A stretch of 63,570 bases of DNA, filler included, from Octopus bimaculoides (Eukaryota), in NCBI RefSeq assembly GCF_001194135.2. It is 7 parts of 7 records of this genome, joined end to end, with 100 filler letters (N's around TTAATTAATTAA, not from the genome) between each part and the next. Parts side by side here need not be neighbours in the genome. Positions count along the whole stretch, not along the records: positions 1 to 28,001 come from NC_068998.1; positions 28,102 to 40,564 come from NC_069008.1; 5 more parts are not named here. One strand, given 5' to 3'. A program made the translations under genes and the position numbers. The notes under the pieces were generated by a model. It saw only the letters and a program-made list of their open reading frames with translations, was not told the DNA's origin and did no database searches. Shown here in pieces: positions 26,313 to 38,499 of the stretch. The first letter of the stretch is position 1, and each line of letters begins with the position of its first letter.

Positions 26313-26368
26313 ATATCATTAGCTGCTATTTTGGACAGTTGTTCTTTAAAAAACATTGATATTATGAG
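26313..26368 (+). CDS. CCNH: Cyclin H coding exon 6
   Basis: attttcag|ISLAAILDSCSLKNIDIM(S)|gtaagt; 56 nt; phases compatible on both sides. Confidence 0.9.
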
Positions 26369-26603
26369 GTAAGTTTTACAGTTTTTTTAAAAATTTCTAT
26401 TTTACTTTTTACTTTCCCTTCCTTTAACTAAGCAATAAAAAAGAAAAGAAAAATATTAATCTTTTTAGGGTGGATTTCTTCTCTGCAGAATCAATAAAAC
26501 AAGAACTCTCCGTATCCTCAAGTTGAATCAATTGTTTTCAAAAAGAAAATATTGAACCTTTATTTATCTTGACTGGTTTCTCCTTAAATCTGTCTTTTAC
26601 TAG

Positions 26604-26674
26604 TTACGTCACATCGGTTTTAATGAAAGGAGCTGAATCCGACCAGAAGAAACGAGCAATGCAACAAATTAAAT
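26604..26674 (+). CDS. CCNH: Cyclin H coding exon 7
   Basis: cttttactag|YVTSVLMKGAESDQKKRAMQQIK|gtaagt; 71 nt. Confidence 0.88.
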
Positions 26675-27079
26675 GTAAGTTTGCTGATTGTAATATTTGT
26701 GTGTGTGTAGACATCTAAATCTATGCAATTTATTGTATTTTTAATTATTAGTATTTCTAATAAATATTTTATTACTTCAAAGTTTCTTGTGAATTAAGCA
26801 AACATAACTAAAAAAAATTAGACATTGCTAAATTCAAGACTAAACTATAAAAACAAACTCGTTATGTTGAAGAGGTGGAGGAGGAGGAGTATAATATTGG
26901 AAAATCAAAATTAATTAATGATATTGGCTATATTATGAAAGTATTTTTGTTTCAGTAGACAAGTCCTTTCAATTACTTCCACTGAAATTTCTCCATTTTT
27001 CTCAGATTGGTGCATGTTTTCTATAGAACAAATGTTGCTCTATTTTAAGTTCCAATGTCATCTTTGTGATATTCTTTAG

Positions 27080-27191
27080 TAATTCAAATAACGGTGAACA
27101 ATCAGAACAGCTTGAAGAGGGAACACATCCGACAGTTGGAGAAGAAGTTGGAAAAATGTCGTAATCAGGAAAACAATCCGGACAGTGAAGT
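27080..27191 (+). CDS. CCNH: Cyclin H coding exon 8 (last visible)
   Basis: attctttag|(L)IQITVNNQNSLKREHIRQLEKKLEKCRNQENNPDSE(V)|gtaagt; 112 nt; no stop reached. Confidence 0.9.
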
Positions 27192-27670
27192 GTAAGTTTA
27201 CAAGAAAATATTTTAGAAATCAATAAAAAAACAAACAAACAAAGTATCTCACCTGTTGTAAAAGAAGAGTAAAATAATGATTGAAAACTTACTTCTAAAC
27301 TTTGTTTAAAACTTGATTGAATGTCTGATCTATGATTTTAGGTTCAGTTCCACTGTACAGCACCTTGAGTAAGTGTCTTCTGTAGCCTGGGGCCAAGTAT
27401 TACCTTCTGAGTGAATTTGTTAGGTAGAAACTGTATGGAAGCCTGTTGTACACACATACCACACACACACACACACACCTCTCTTATGTGTATAGTTGGA
27501 TATATGTCTTTGCCCCCCCCCCCATCCGGCTGTGTGACTGCTTGGGTTAGTTTGTTTACGTTTCTGTAATGTAGCAAATCAGCTAAAGAGACTGGTATTT
27601 GTTTGACTAAAACCTTCAAGGCAATGCTCCAGCATGGCCACATACATTATATATATATATATTATAGATG

Positions 27671-27780
27671 ACAGGCTTCTTTCAGTTTCCTTCTACCAAA
27701 TCCATTCACAAGGCTTTGGTTGGCCCGAGGCTATAGTAGAAGACATTTGCCCAAGGTACCACACAGCCACTCGCATGTAG
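27671..27780 (-). mobile_element. tRNA-derived SINE family B (other copies about 25745-25890, 29721-29885, 32880-33020, 52895-53045, 58815-58968)
   Basis: Shared CAGGCTTCTTTCAGTTTCC.TCTACCAAATCCA.TCACAAGGCTTTGGT.GGCCC.AGGCTATAGTAGAAGAC block; B-box-like GGTTCAGTCCCA in element orientation. Confidence 0.8.
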
Positions 27781-27810
27781 TTTTTAGTTAAATTAGAGAC
27801 AAATTGAAGA

Positions 27811-28001
27811 TCATCATCATCATCATCGTTTAACGTCCGCTTTCCATGCTAGCATGGGTTGGACGATTTGACTGAGGACTGGTGAAACCGGATGGCAACA
27901 CCAGGCTCCAGTCTGATTTGGCAGAGTTTCTACAGCTGGATGCCCTTCCTAACGCCAACCACTCAGAGAGTGTAGTGGGTGCTTTTACGTGTCACCCGCA
28001 C
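27811..28001 (-). mobile_element. Young RTE-type tail copy, running into a gap
   Basis: Nearly identical to 35266-35430 and 38818-38954. Confidence 0.9.
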
Positions 28002-28101
28002 NNNNNNNNNNNNNNNNNNNNNNNNNNNNNNNNNNNNNNNNNNNNTTAATTAATTAANNNNNNNNNNNNNNNNNNNNNNNNNNNNNNNNNNNNNNNNNNN
28101 N
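28002..28101. other. Artificial 100-bp scaffold spacer (44 N + TTAATTAATTAA + 44 N); also centred at 40609, 44163, 49820, 54035, 58512
   Basis: Identical 12-mer with stops in all six frames, between 44-N blocks, six times in the window. Confidence 0.97.
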
Positions 28102-29464
28102 ATTTGCTGTTTTACCCTAACCCTAACCCTATCACCGATAGAATTGTTTCAGAATCGTTTGTTTATGTAGTCGGCACTTAATGTATATCGGCTGAATGGA
28201 CGTCAGTGATTGGTTGAAATTACAGAAATACGACAACTTTAACATGGAATAACTCAGGGATTTCTTTTTTTTTAAAGAAGTCGAAGAGAAAAAGATGTTT
28301 TATATGACACATTCTACCAGTGTTCCAAGTTTCAAAGTGTTTCGTTAATGAAAAATGTGGCCCCCGTTTTAAAAAAGATCCCATTTCGCTACTGCAGTTC
28401 CTTGCAACAGATGTTTCAAATGAGGAAGACTTCATTGCAGAATGTTCCAAACGTTGAACCACAACCGATCACCAGAGAAACACTTCGTTACAGAATGTTA
28501 CACAAATCATATGATCTGTGTGCCTCAGGCATGCACGATACACAAACCATATCCATTTCATTTCTACCGTTTATCATCGAAGTGGTTGAGTATTCCTAAG
28601 GCATCACACATGTTCCAGAATATGTGGCTGAGTTAACCACAGACATGAGTACCCCTCGTTTTTATATCCATATTATCGTTTTTCTTTTTCCTTTTCCTTC
28701 TCCCCTCCCAACACCATATCAAATTAGATAAATTAGTACAAAGTAATTAACACAAAACCATGTCTAAATAATCAACACACACTAACGATGTACTAATAAT
28801 TAATGAAAGGAACAGCTACAAAGAACAAGGGGGATTTTTTTTCTGCAGAGGGGTTGTCATCAGAAAAACTACTAAGTTCAGTTCAAAGTGTAAAGCAACT
28901 TCTAATTAATTTAATATTTCACCTAATTGACTAATTAATAAAAACCACTGATTATAGTCATTTGGTTTTGATTACGTAATTGTCTACACCACACTTTCTA
29001 AAAATTATCCCATGAATTATTATCATCATAATTATTATTATTATTATTATTATTATTATGATGATGATGATCATCATCAAGGCAGCAGGCTGGCGGAATC
29101 ATTAGCACGTTGGACAAAATGCTTAGCAGTATTTCACCTGTCGCTATGTTCTGTGTTCAAATTCAGCCAAGGTTGAATTTGCTTTACATCCTTTCATGGT
29201 CGATAAATTAAGTAGCAGTGAAATCCTGGGGTCAATGAAATCAACTAGTCCCCTCACTCCCACAAAATTTCTCTTATCACATTGATGTTGCCCGTGCTGC
29301 AGGTGGTGGCCATATTGAACACTTTGTAAGACAGGAAATAAAAGTTGATTGTGAGTAAACACTTGTGACTTGGATGGAGTTTTCTGTTGCTTTTCCTCGT
29401 TAAAATATTGCGTAATGAAACTGGTTGATTCCTATTGAATAACTCTGTGTATATATTCTCTTAT

Positions 29465-29679
29465 TCTTTTACTTGTTTCTGTCATTTGCCTGTGGCCATG
29501 CCGGAGCACCACCTTAAAGGGTTTTAGTCAAAGAAATTGATGCCGGGACTTATTCTTTGTAAACCTAGTACTTACTCTAGCGGCCTCTTTTGCTGAACTG
29601 TTAAGTTACAGGGATGTAAACACACCAGCATTGGTTGTCAAGCATTGGCCAGGGGACACACAGACACACACATAAATAC

Positions 29680-29680
<1 letters not shown>
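29465..29680 (+). mobile_element. SINE family C (other copies about 38605-38812; opposite orientation 27525-27640, 39470-39670, 46385-46470)
   Basis: Shared TTTTACTTGTTTC.GTCATTTG.CTG.GGCCATGC.GGAGCACC...GGACTTATTCTTTGT..CCTAGTACTTA.TCTA block. Confidence 0.8.
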
Positions 29681-29721
<41 letters not shown>

Positions 29722-29939
29722 CAGGCTTCTTTAAGTTTTTTGTCTACTGAAACCACTCACAAGGCCTTGATCGGCCCAAGGCTATAGTAGAAGGAAGACA
29801 CTTGCCCAAGGTGCTATGCAATGGGACTGAACCCAGAACCATGAGGTTGAGAAGCAAGTTTCTTACCATACAGCCACTCCTGCACCTAAATATATTTATA
29901 CATGCACATACACATGTATATGAATATATGTGTGTATGC

Positions 29940-29981
<42 letters not shown>

Positions 29982-31204
29982 CAGAATCTTATTTTTTTTC
30001 TAAAGCAGTACATAGATGCTATCTCAGGACAAATACTGCAGTAACTGGCCTATCAACTGTGTATATACATTTAGTATGATACATAGATATCTATCTTAAT
30101 TTAATACTGTCTCAACTGCATATACAGGAGATATATACAGATATATATATACATATATACAATTGCAGTGTGGAAGGTGTTTAGAAGCCATTTAAAAACA
30201 CACAAAACCAATAGATTCACTTCAACATTTAAATTTAATTTGTCAAAACATTTTCGTCGCTTTGAGACTGTGATCTGTTCACTGACAAAATTCCATGCTG
30301 CATCTCATATATATATATATGTATGTATATATAACCAGCTGAACTTAAATAGAATGAATTTTTGCTTTCTTTTTAGTGGAAAAATAGATTATTATTATTA
30401 TTATTAATTATTAACTGTGAATTAAGTTGTGAAAGTGTGCTTGATTGGTCAGTCGGAAAATAAGAAACTCAAAGAAACAAGTAACTAAAGTAAATAAAAA
30501 GAAAAGACAAAAACAACAAAAAACTTGAACATTTAANNNNNNNNNNNNNNNNNNNNNNNNNNNNNNNNNNNNNNNNNNNNNNNNNNNNNNNNNNNNNNNN
30601 NNNNNNNNNNNNNNNNNNNNNNNNNNNNNNNNNNNNNNNNNNNNNNNNNNNNNNNNNNNNNNNNNNNNNNNNNNNNNNNNNNNNNNNNNNNNNNNNNNNN
30701 NNNNNNNNNNNNNNNNNNNNNNNNNNNNNNNNNNNNNNNNNNNNNNNNNNNNNNNNNNNNNNNNNNNNNNNNNNNNNNNNNNNNNNNNNNNNNNNNNNNN
30801 NNNNNNNNNNNNNNNNNNNNNNNNNNNNNNNNNNNNNNNNNNNNNNNNNNNNNNNNNNNNNNNNNNNNNNNNNNNNNNNNNNNNNNNNNNNNNNNNNNNN
30901 NNNNNNNNNNNNNNNNNNNNNNNNNNNNNNNNNNNNNNNNNNNNNNNNNNNNNNNNNNNNNNNNNNNNNNNNNNNNNNNNNNNNNNNNNNNNNNNNNNNN
31001 NNNNNNNNNNNNNNNNNNNNNNNNNNNNNNNNNNNNNNNNNNNNNNNNNNNNNNNNNNATATATATATATATATATATATACATATATATACATATATAT
31101 ACATGCACAAATATGCTTGTGAGTGTATGTTTATATATGTATGCGTAAATGTATATGTGAGTGTATTTTTATATACATGTGTATGTGTGTGTGTGTGTGT
31201 ATAC

Positions 31205-31236
<32 letters not shown>

Positions 31237-31452
31237 ATATACAAATTATACATTTGAAGTAGTGGTACACAAAGTACCATTATTTGCTGGAAATAGCAGC
31301 CACTAACTATTCAGCACTAGGTATAAAGCTTCACTGAATGTAAAGAGGCATAGATGTGTGTGGGTGGTGAATATAAAAAATTTTGTCATATCTTTAGTTA
31401 TTTATATGTATAATTCTACCTATATGGTGCATTAGTTTGCTGGATAATAATA

Positions 31453-31492
<40 letters not shown>

Positions 31493-32604
31493 CTATGACT
31501 ATACCGAGATGTGTTTGTGTATGTGTATATGTGGTTGTATTGCATATGTTTAAATATATTCCAACTGAAGAACATAAAAATAGAGAATACATTTGCAAAA
31601 ATAATAATAATAATAAACAACACAAAAAGAATTCATAAAAAAGATGGATGAAGTTGACATGGATAATCTTTCTTTCAAAAACGATCTTAAACAAAAATCG
31701 AACTAAGACTTTAAATTTTTACTGTTAAAAACAAAAAAAAAAAGTATATAATAATATAAATAATAATGATAATAATAATAATAATAATAATTTCTAATTT
31801 TAGTTAGACAGACTGCCACCAACTACATTAACAATGAACAGTTGATTAAATTGACTCCCGCAAAACATTACTAGTAATTTATTTAATCAACCCCTAGAGA
31901 GGGAGGACAGGAGTTCACCTTGGCAAGATTTGAACTCAGAATGTAAAAACCCAGAAATAATACCACAGGGCATTTTTGTCTGATGCTCTTACAAATCTGC
32001 GAATGTGGGACCTTTAATTTGTATGTTAGTGACAAGTCCAGCAATGTCTGTTGAAAGGGATCAGTCAATGTCACTGACAAGTTTCCAATACGTGACTGGT
32101 ACTTCATATTATCAGCCCACACTGAGGGATGAAAGAAAGGCGAAGTTGAGCATAGTGGGGCTTGAACTCAGAACACTGGACAAAATGCCTTGTAGTCATT
32201 GCTATGGAAATTTATTTTCTAACGATTGTACTCACCCAACCGAACCTTAAATTCCAATTCAGGCACAAGGCCAGCATCAATTACTGTTAAGATAGTAGCC
32301 TCTTGCTGTTAGAGAATGACAGGCCTACAAAAATCATACTGAACAAGCGATTTGTTTATAGGGGTCAAATGTATCTGTTGTACATTAACTCACTCCCTCT
32401 ATGAAATCGTTGTTGCCTGAACAGGTGCACGGTGTGCCACATGTCAGGTGTTGAGGGGATCGCAGAGCAACATGAGATGAAGTGTTTTACTCAAAAAATA
32501 CAACACACCACCAGCTCCAGGAATTGAAACCATGATCTTATGATCCTGAGTGCAACAGCCTAACCACTGGGCCACACACTACTATACCACACTGCTATAA
32601 CACA

Positions 32605-33310
32605 TGGCTCAGCGGTTAGGGTAGTGCACTCCTGATTGTTGGATTGTAGTTTCAATTCCTGGACCTGACAATGCATTATATTCTTCAGCATAACACTTCG
32701 TTTCACATCGCTCCAGTTCACTTTCCAGGCAAAAGTGAGTAATCCTAAAATGGACTGGCATCCTTTCCAGGGGCAAAAAATATATATATACCAGGAAATC
32801 AGCAACAGAATTCTAGGGCTTGGGAAGAACCTATTTCCCCACCACTTTTTTTTCCTACAATATCACACTTTACTACACTAATAGCTGTGTGGTTAGAAAG
32901 TTTGCTTCTCAACCATCCAGTTCCAGGTTCAATCCCACTGCATGGCACCTTGGGCATGTGTCCTCTACTATAACCTTGGACCACCAAAGCCTCGTGATTG
33001 AACACTATAGGTGGAAATTCCCATCCTGAGTGTATGTACATGTGAATGTGGTTGTGCCATCTTTAATAGGTAGGAAAACTAGTATACCATATTATGTGGA
33101 AGCACATGGCTTAGTGGTTAGGGTGCTACACACCTGATCGTAAGATTGTAGTTTCAATTCCTGGACCAGACAATGCCTTGTGTTCTTCAGCAAAACACTT
33201 TATTTCATGTCACTCCATCCACTTTGCTGGTAAAAGTGAGTAATCCTGAAACGAACTAGCATCCTATCCAGGGGGGAAATATATACACCACAGAATCAAG
33301 GAAACAGGCC
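32605..33310 (+). mobile_element. Two tRNA-derived family D SINEs (32605-32800, 33100-33310) flanking a family B copy; relatives at 36262-36625 and 46085-46270
   Basis: A-box TGGCTTAGTGGTTAGG and B-box GTTTCAATTCC, followed by TTTCAC.T.GCTCCAGT.CAC. Confidence 0.75.
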
Positions 33311-34028
33311 TTATAATTCTATGGCTTGGGAAGGACCTTTGTAACTTCTTGTTTTTACAATAACATTACCATTTGTTTCAAGCGAGATCGTTGCCAGTGC
33401 CCCTGGACTGGCTCTTGTGCGGGTGGCACATAAAATACACCATTTGAGTGTGGCCGTTGCTAGTACCATCTGACTGGCCTTCATAGGATTTTGGAGCGAG
33501 ATCGTTGCCAGTGCCCCTGGACTGGCTCTTGTACGGGTGGCACATAAAATACACAATTTTGAGCGTGGCCGTTGCCAGTACCGCCTGACTGGCCTTCGTG
33601 CAGGTGACACGTAAATGCACCCACTACATGGGTGGGACTGAACTCAGGATCTTGTGGTTACAAAGCAAACTCCTTAACCATTCAATTATGTCATATCCAC
33701 TACACTGTACAGTCGTGACACAACATAATGCATGCCCCTATAACCTTAACTACCCCCCCCCCCCCNNNNNNNNNNNNNNNNNNNNNNNNNNNNNNNNNNN
33801 NNNNNNNNNNNNNNNNNNNNNNNNNNNNNNNNNNNNNNNNNNNNNNNNNNNNNNNNNNNNNNNNNNNNNNNNNNNNNNNNNNNNNNNCCCCGATACCAAC
33901 ATCTCCATCACCGACCACACCTAATCACACTGACTACTAAACAATAAACCATGTAAATTAAAAACTCAAAATAAACGAAATAGCCAATCAACCATGACCA
34001 TCACTGCAGAACAGTGGCAAATACTTAC

Positions 34029-34214
34029 ATTTCTAACACAAGTTTCAACTGCTCTAGCTTGGCCTTCTTCTCCTCTATGACGCTGTTCTTCTTCACTTTG
34101 TTCTCGTTCAACAAAAACCTGACGATATCCAACACTTCCTGTAGCTGTTTGGGCTTCTTCAGTTTCAGGTGGCCCTTCTTGTAGCCCTGGTATTTTTGAA
34201 ACAGCTCGAAAAAC
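34029..34214 (-). CDS. PPIP5K: PPIP5K exon (phosphatase domain; last visible exon)
   Basis: ggtttccag|(K)[61 protein letters not shown](M)|gtaagt; 186 nt. Confidence 0.95.
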
Positions 34215-34321
34215 CTGGAAACCACAAGGACAACAACAGCAATCACAACAGCAGATAGAAGACATGTAGCGGAAAAGACAGAAGATTGAAGATTAATCTC
34301 CTGAAGACAGAAGACCAATGT

Positions 34322-34780
34322 CATAAGATTAAAGACAGCAGATTAAAGACATAAGGTTAAAGGCATAAGACTAAAGACAAGATTCAAGACGTAAGATTAA
34401 AGACATAAGATTAAAAACATAAGATTAAAGACATAAGATTAAAGACACAAGATTAAAGACATAAGATTAAATACATAAGATTAAAGACACAAGATTAAAG
34501 ACATAAGATTAAAGACATAAGATTAAAGACATAAGATTAGAGACATAAGATTAAAGACAGAAAATCAAAGACAGAAAATCAAAAACAGAAAAATCAAAGA
34601 CAAAAAAATCAACTTCAGAAGGTTGAAGACATGATTAAAGTCAAAAGATTAAAGACAGAAGATTAGATACAGAAAATTAAATATAGAAACAGAAAACAAG
34701 TCTGAATTCAGAAGGTAGAAGATTAAAGATAGAAGATTCAAGACAAAGATAGATGTTTAAAAGCAGAAGATTAAAGACAA
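34322..34780. repeat. 14-bp minisatellite (ATAAGATTAAAGAC)n in PPIP5K intron
   Basis: Regular units to about 34560, then degenerating to about 34780. Confidence 0.9.
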
Positions 34781-34991
34781 AGAAGGTAGAAGTTGACACG
34801 AGACTGATGAAGACGAAAGAAGAGAGAAACTATACAGAAAAAAGACAAAAAAATTGAATACAGAATATCAAAGACATAAGATAAGACAAGAGATGAAGTT
34901 GAGAGAAACCAGAAGATTGAAGGAAACTGGAAGAAGACTAAGGAAGACTGAAAGCCAGGTGTAAAAAATGGAGGCGAAAAAGGTAATTTAC

Positions 34992-35078
34992 TTGGAGTGT
35001 TTGACTTCCATTTTCATCTTCTGTTTTGGAGTTCTGTCTCCATGTCTGATAACTGCAATGACACAGCGGAGTTCCATC
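34992..35078 (-). CDS. PPIP5K: PPIP5K exon with histidine acid phosphatase RHGxRxP motif
   Basis: ctcctccag|(M)[28 protein letters not shown](K)|gtaaat; 87 nt. Confidence 0.97.
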
Positions 35079-35184
35079 CTGGAGGAGAGAGAGAGAGAGA
35101 ATGAGTGAATAAGAGGGAGAAGGTGTGAGTGAGTGACTGTATGAGTAAGAACATAGGAAATGCATAACACACACATGTATACAG

Positions 35185-35214
35185 GCAATCATCATCATCA
35201 TCATCATCACCATA

Positions 35215-35264
<50 letters not shown>

Positions 35265-35590
35265 TGTTTAACGTCCGCTTTCCATGATAGCATGGGTTGG
35301 ACGATTTGACTGAGAACTGGTGAAACCAGATGGCAACACCAGGCTCCAATCTGATCTGGCAGAGTTTCTACAGCTGGGTGACCTTCCTAACGCCAACCAC
35401 TCCGAGAGTGTAGTGGGTGCTTTTACGTGCCACCGGCACGAAAGCCAGTCAGGCGGTACTGGCAACGGCCACACTCAAAATGGAGTATTTTATGTGGTGC
35501 CACCTGCACAGGAGCCAGTCCGGCGGCACTGGTAACGATCTCACTTGGATGTCTTTACATGTGCCAGGAAGGCGATGCTGGGCACAGGTG
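35185..35590 (-). mobile_element. RTE-type tail with long (ATG)n; related copies at 33373-33620, 38818-38954, 39737-39806
   Basis: GTTTAACGTCCGCTTTCCATG.TAGCATGGGTTGGACGATTTGACTGAG.ACTGGTGAAACC block. Confidence 0.85.
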
Positions 35591-35605
35591 CCATACATAT
35601 ACAAT

Positions 35606-35639
<34 letters not shown>

Positions 35640-35835
35640 CACACAATTATACAAACATACACAAACACACAACATTTACACAGATACACATATTTATTAT
35701 AGGTGTGTGTATGCGTTTGTTTGTTGTGTACTGCTGTACTTTTGTCTGACCCATGGAAGCGTAGCTAAGTAGATGTTAAAACAATGGTAAAAATAAGAAA
35801 AGAAAAAAAACCCAAAGGAATGGAAATTAACATAC

Positions 35836-35937
35836 ATTGAGCCTGATGTTGTAGGGACAACTGGTACATCTTCTGGAGCTGAACCTAGAACCCATGGGAT
35901 GTGTAGCTGTGGTGCCAGGTTCCGCATTACCATAGTC
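35836..35937 (-). CDS. PPIP5K: PPIP5K exon (kinase-phosphatase linker)
   Basis: catttcag|(G)[33 protein letters not shown](M)|gtatgt; 102 nt. Confidence 0.95.
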
Positions 35938-36733
35938 CTGAAATGAAAAGAATTGCATAATTTCTTCTACACAATATATGCAACTGAGAAATGCATGCCA
36001 TCAAAGTGACACTGGGGTACAAATATACAAAGCCCAGTATACCCATCATAACAATTCATCTGATAAGAGTACACCACATGACCTTGCAGGTGGGACCCAG
36101 TTAGAATTTTCTTCAGATCAAGTAGACCATCTCACTCAAAAGGTCCCTGAATAAAGTTTGTTTAAGGATGATGAATGCAACACCCATGTTTCCAGAGGTG
36201 AACTGTTCAAACCCCAAAGAATTCTTGTTGATACATGGCTATGATGCTCCCCTGCAGTGGAGGCGCAATGGCCCAGTGGTTAGGGCAGCGGACTCGCGGT
36301 CATAGGATCGCAGTTTCGATTCCCAGACCGGGCGTTGTGAGTGTTTATTGAGCGAAAACACCTAAAGCTTCACGAGGCTCCGGCAGGGGATGGTGGCCGA
36401 CCCTGCTGTACTCTTCCACCACAACTTTCTCTCATTCTTTCTTCCTGTTTCTGTTGTGTCTGTAATTCAAAGGGGTCAGCCTTGTCTACACTCTGTGTCA
36501 CGCTGAATATCCCTGAGAACTACGTTAAGGGTACACGTGTCTGTGGAGTACTCAGCCACTTGCACATTAATTTCACGAGCAGGCTGTTCTGTTGATTCGA
36601 TCAACTGGAACCCTCGACGTCGTAAGTTATATAGATTGGCAGTGCCAGAACAGGCACAAGTATTGTGATTAGCCAGCTTGTTAGAAGGAATACATATATC
36701 AGCAGCAGCAATGTCCCTTTTGTCTGTACTTAC

Positions 36734-36855
36734 CCTAGAATTTTAGCACAATCATCGTAATATTTGCTGGAATTCTTCACAAAACTGAATCCGTTGACAT
36801 CACACACATAAGATTTCCCATTGGCACGGAGAAGATCAAAACCACACACAGTTTG
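36734..36855 (-). CDS. PPIP5K: PPIP5K exon (ATP-grasp kinase domain)
   Basis: tttctcag|[40 protein letters not shown](G)|gtaagt; 122 nt. Confidence 0.97.
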
Positions 36856-37102
36856 CTGAGAAACAGAAAAACAAAAGAAGCCAGGTTGAAGAGAGAGAGA
36901 TGAGGATTTTCACATCCATAATTTTACTTAACAGTTATTTACAGCATCTTTACAAGACCTACACATGTTTCAACTGCAGCACACAGTTGAATATGCAACC
37001 TGGTGTCATGGTCAGAAACAGAGTAACTGCCAGGATAATATACCCTTTTAAACTCATTTTTGGATATATTGGATATATATATACATATATACATATACAC
37101 AC

Positions 37103-37134
<32 letters not shown>

Positions 37135-38197
37135 AGAGAGAGAAAGAGAGAGTGTTAGGTGTGATGTACAGAATTAAATATTGAAAAAAAAGTTGTCAGA
37201 ATTTTGGAATAACTTCTTTCATTTATTTTATACATATATTAGCGCTTTTTCTCTGCCTGTCTATCTATCTATCTGCTTATACACCTTCCATTGTCTCCAA
37301 AGCCTCACCCCCACCCACCCAAAAAAACAATGTTCTGTTATAAACAAAACCCCCCAAAAAACACCTGTTTTATATAAATAAGCAAGATCTCTGTATTTTC
37401 ACAGAATTATATTTGACAAGTTCGAAAGGCGAACGNNNNNNNNNNNNNNNNNNNNNNNNNNNNNNNNNNNNNNNNNNNNNNNNNNNNNNNNNNNNNNNNN
37501 NNNNNNNNNNNNNNNNNNNNNNNNNNNNNNNNNNNNNNNNNNNNNNNNNNNNNNNNNNNNNNNNNNNNNNNNNNNNNNNNNNNNNNNNNNNNNNNNNNNN
37601 NNNNNNNNNNNNNNNNNNNNNNNNNNNNNNNNNNNNNNNNNNNNNNNNNNNNNNNNNNNNNNNNNNNNNNNNNNNNNNNNNNNNNNNNNNNNNNNNNNNN
37701 NNNNNNNNNNNNNNNNNNNNNNNNNNNNNNNNNNNNNNNNNNNNNNNNNNNNNNNNNNNNNNNNNNNNNNNNNNNNNNNNNNNNNNNNNNNNNNNNNNNN
37801 NNNNNNNNNNNNNNNNNNNNNNNNNNNNNNNNNNNNNNNNNNNNNNNNNNNNNNNNNNNNNNNNNNNNNNNNNNNNNNNNNNNNNNNNNNNNNNNNNNNN
37901 NNNNNNNNNNNNNNNNNNNNNNNNNNNNNNNNNNNNNNNNNNNNNNNNNNNNNNNNNNNNNNNNNNNNNNNNNNNNNNNNNNNNNNNNNNNNNNNNNNNN
38001 NNNNNNNNNNNNNNNNNNNNNNNNNNNNNNNNNNNNNNNNNNNNNNNNNNNNNNNNNNNNNNNNNNNNNNNNNNNNNNNNNNNNNNNNNNNNNNNNNNNN
38101 NNNNNNNNNNNNNNNNNNNNNNNNNNNNNNNNNNNNNNNNNNNNNNNNNNNNNNNNNNNNNNNNNNNNNNNNNNNNNNNNNNNNNNNNNNNNNNNNN

Positions 38198-38281
<84 letters not shown>

Positions 38282-38337
38282 GAGAGAGAGATAGAGAGAG
38301 ATGCATACACACATATACAAGAATACATTAGACTGAC

Positions 38338-38499
38338 CTTGAAGGCAAGGGAAACTTCCCTGGCAATGCACTTCTCCATGGCACTGAGAATAACAGGATA
38401 TCGTACTTCCTTACCATCTTTATCTCTTTCTACTTTGCCATCAAGTGCGGGAGACTTTCTCGCTTCAGCGTGGGCGTAGTCAGGGCCGACTGCATATAC
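38338..38499 (-). CDS. PPIP5K: PPIP5K exon (kinase domain)
   Basis: tgcctacag|[54 protein letters not shown]|gtcagt; 162 nt. Confidence 0.97.

Noticed and set aside
27871-27890. CTGAGGA-CTGGT-GAAAC in RTE tails; CTGATGA plus hairpin at 57603
   Set aside because: Stem II is impossible in the first and GAAA is absent in the second; chance matches
30377-31730. Candidate terminal CCNH exons (30377 acceptor; 31321; KKMDEVDMDNLSF near 31640)
   Set aside because: Immediate stops, microsatellite content or no polypyrimidine acceptor; no cyclin H-like sequence
36268-36345. tRNA-like sequence GGCGCAATGGCCCAGTGGTTAGGGCAGCGGACTCGCGGTC...TTCGATTCCC (also 60793-60860)
   Set aside because: No closing acceptor stem; continues into a SINE body, so it is a SINE head and not a tRNA gene
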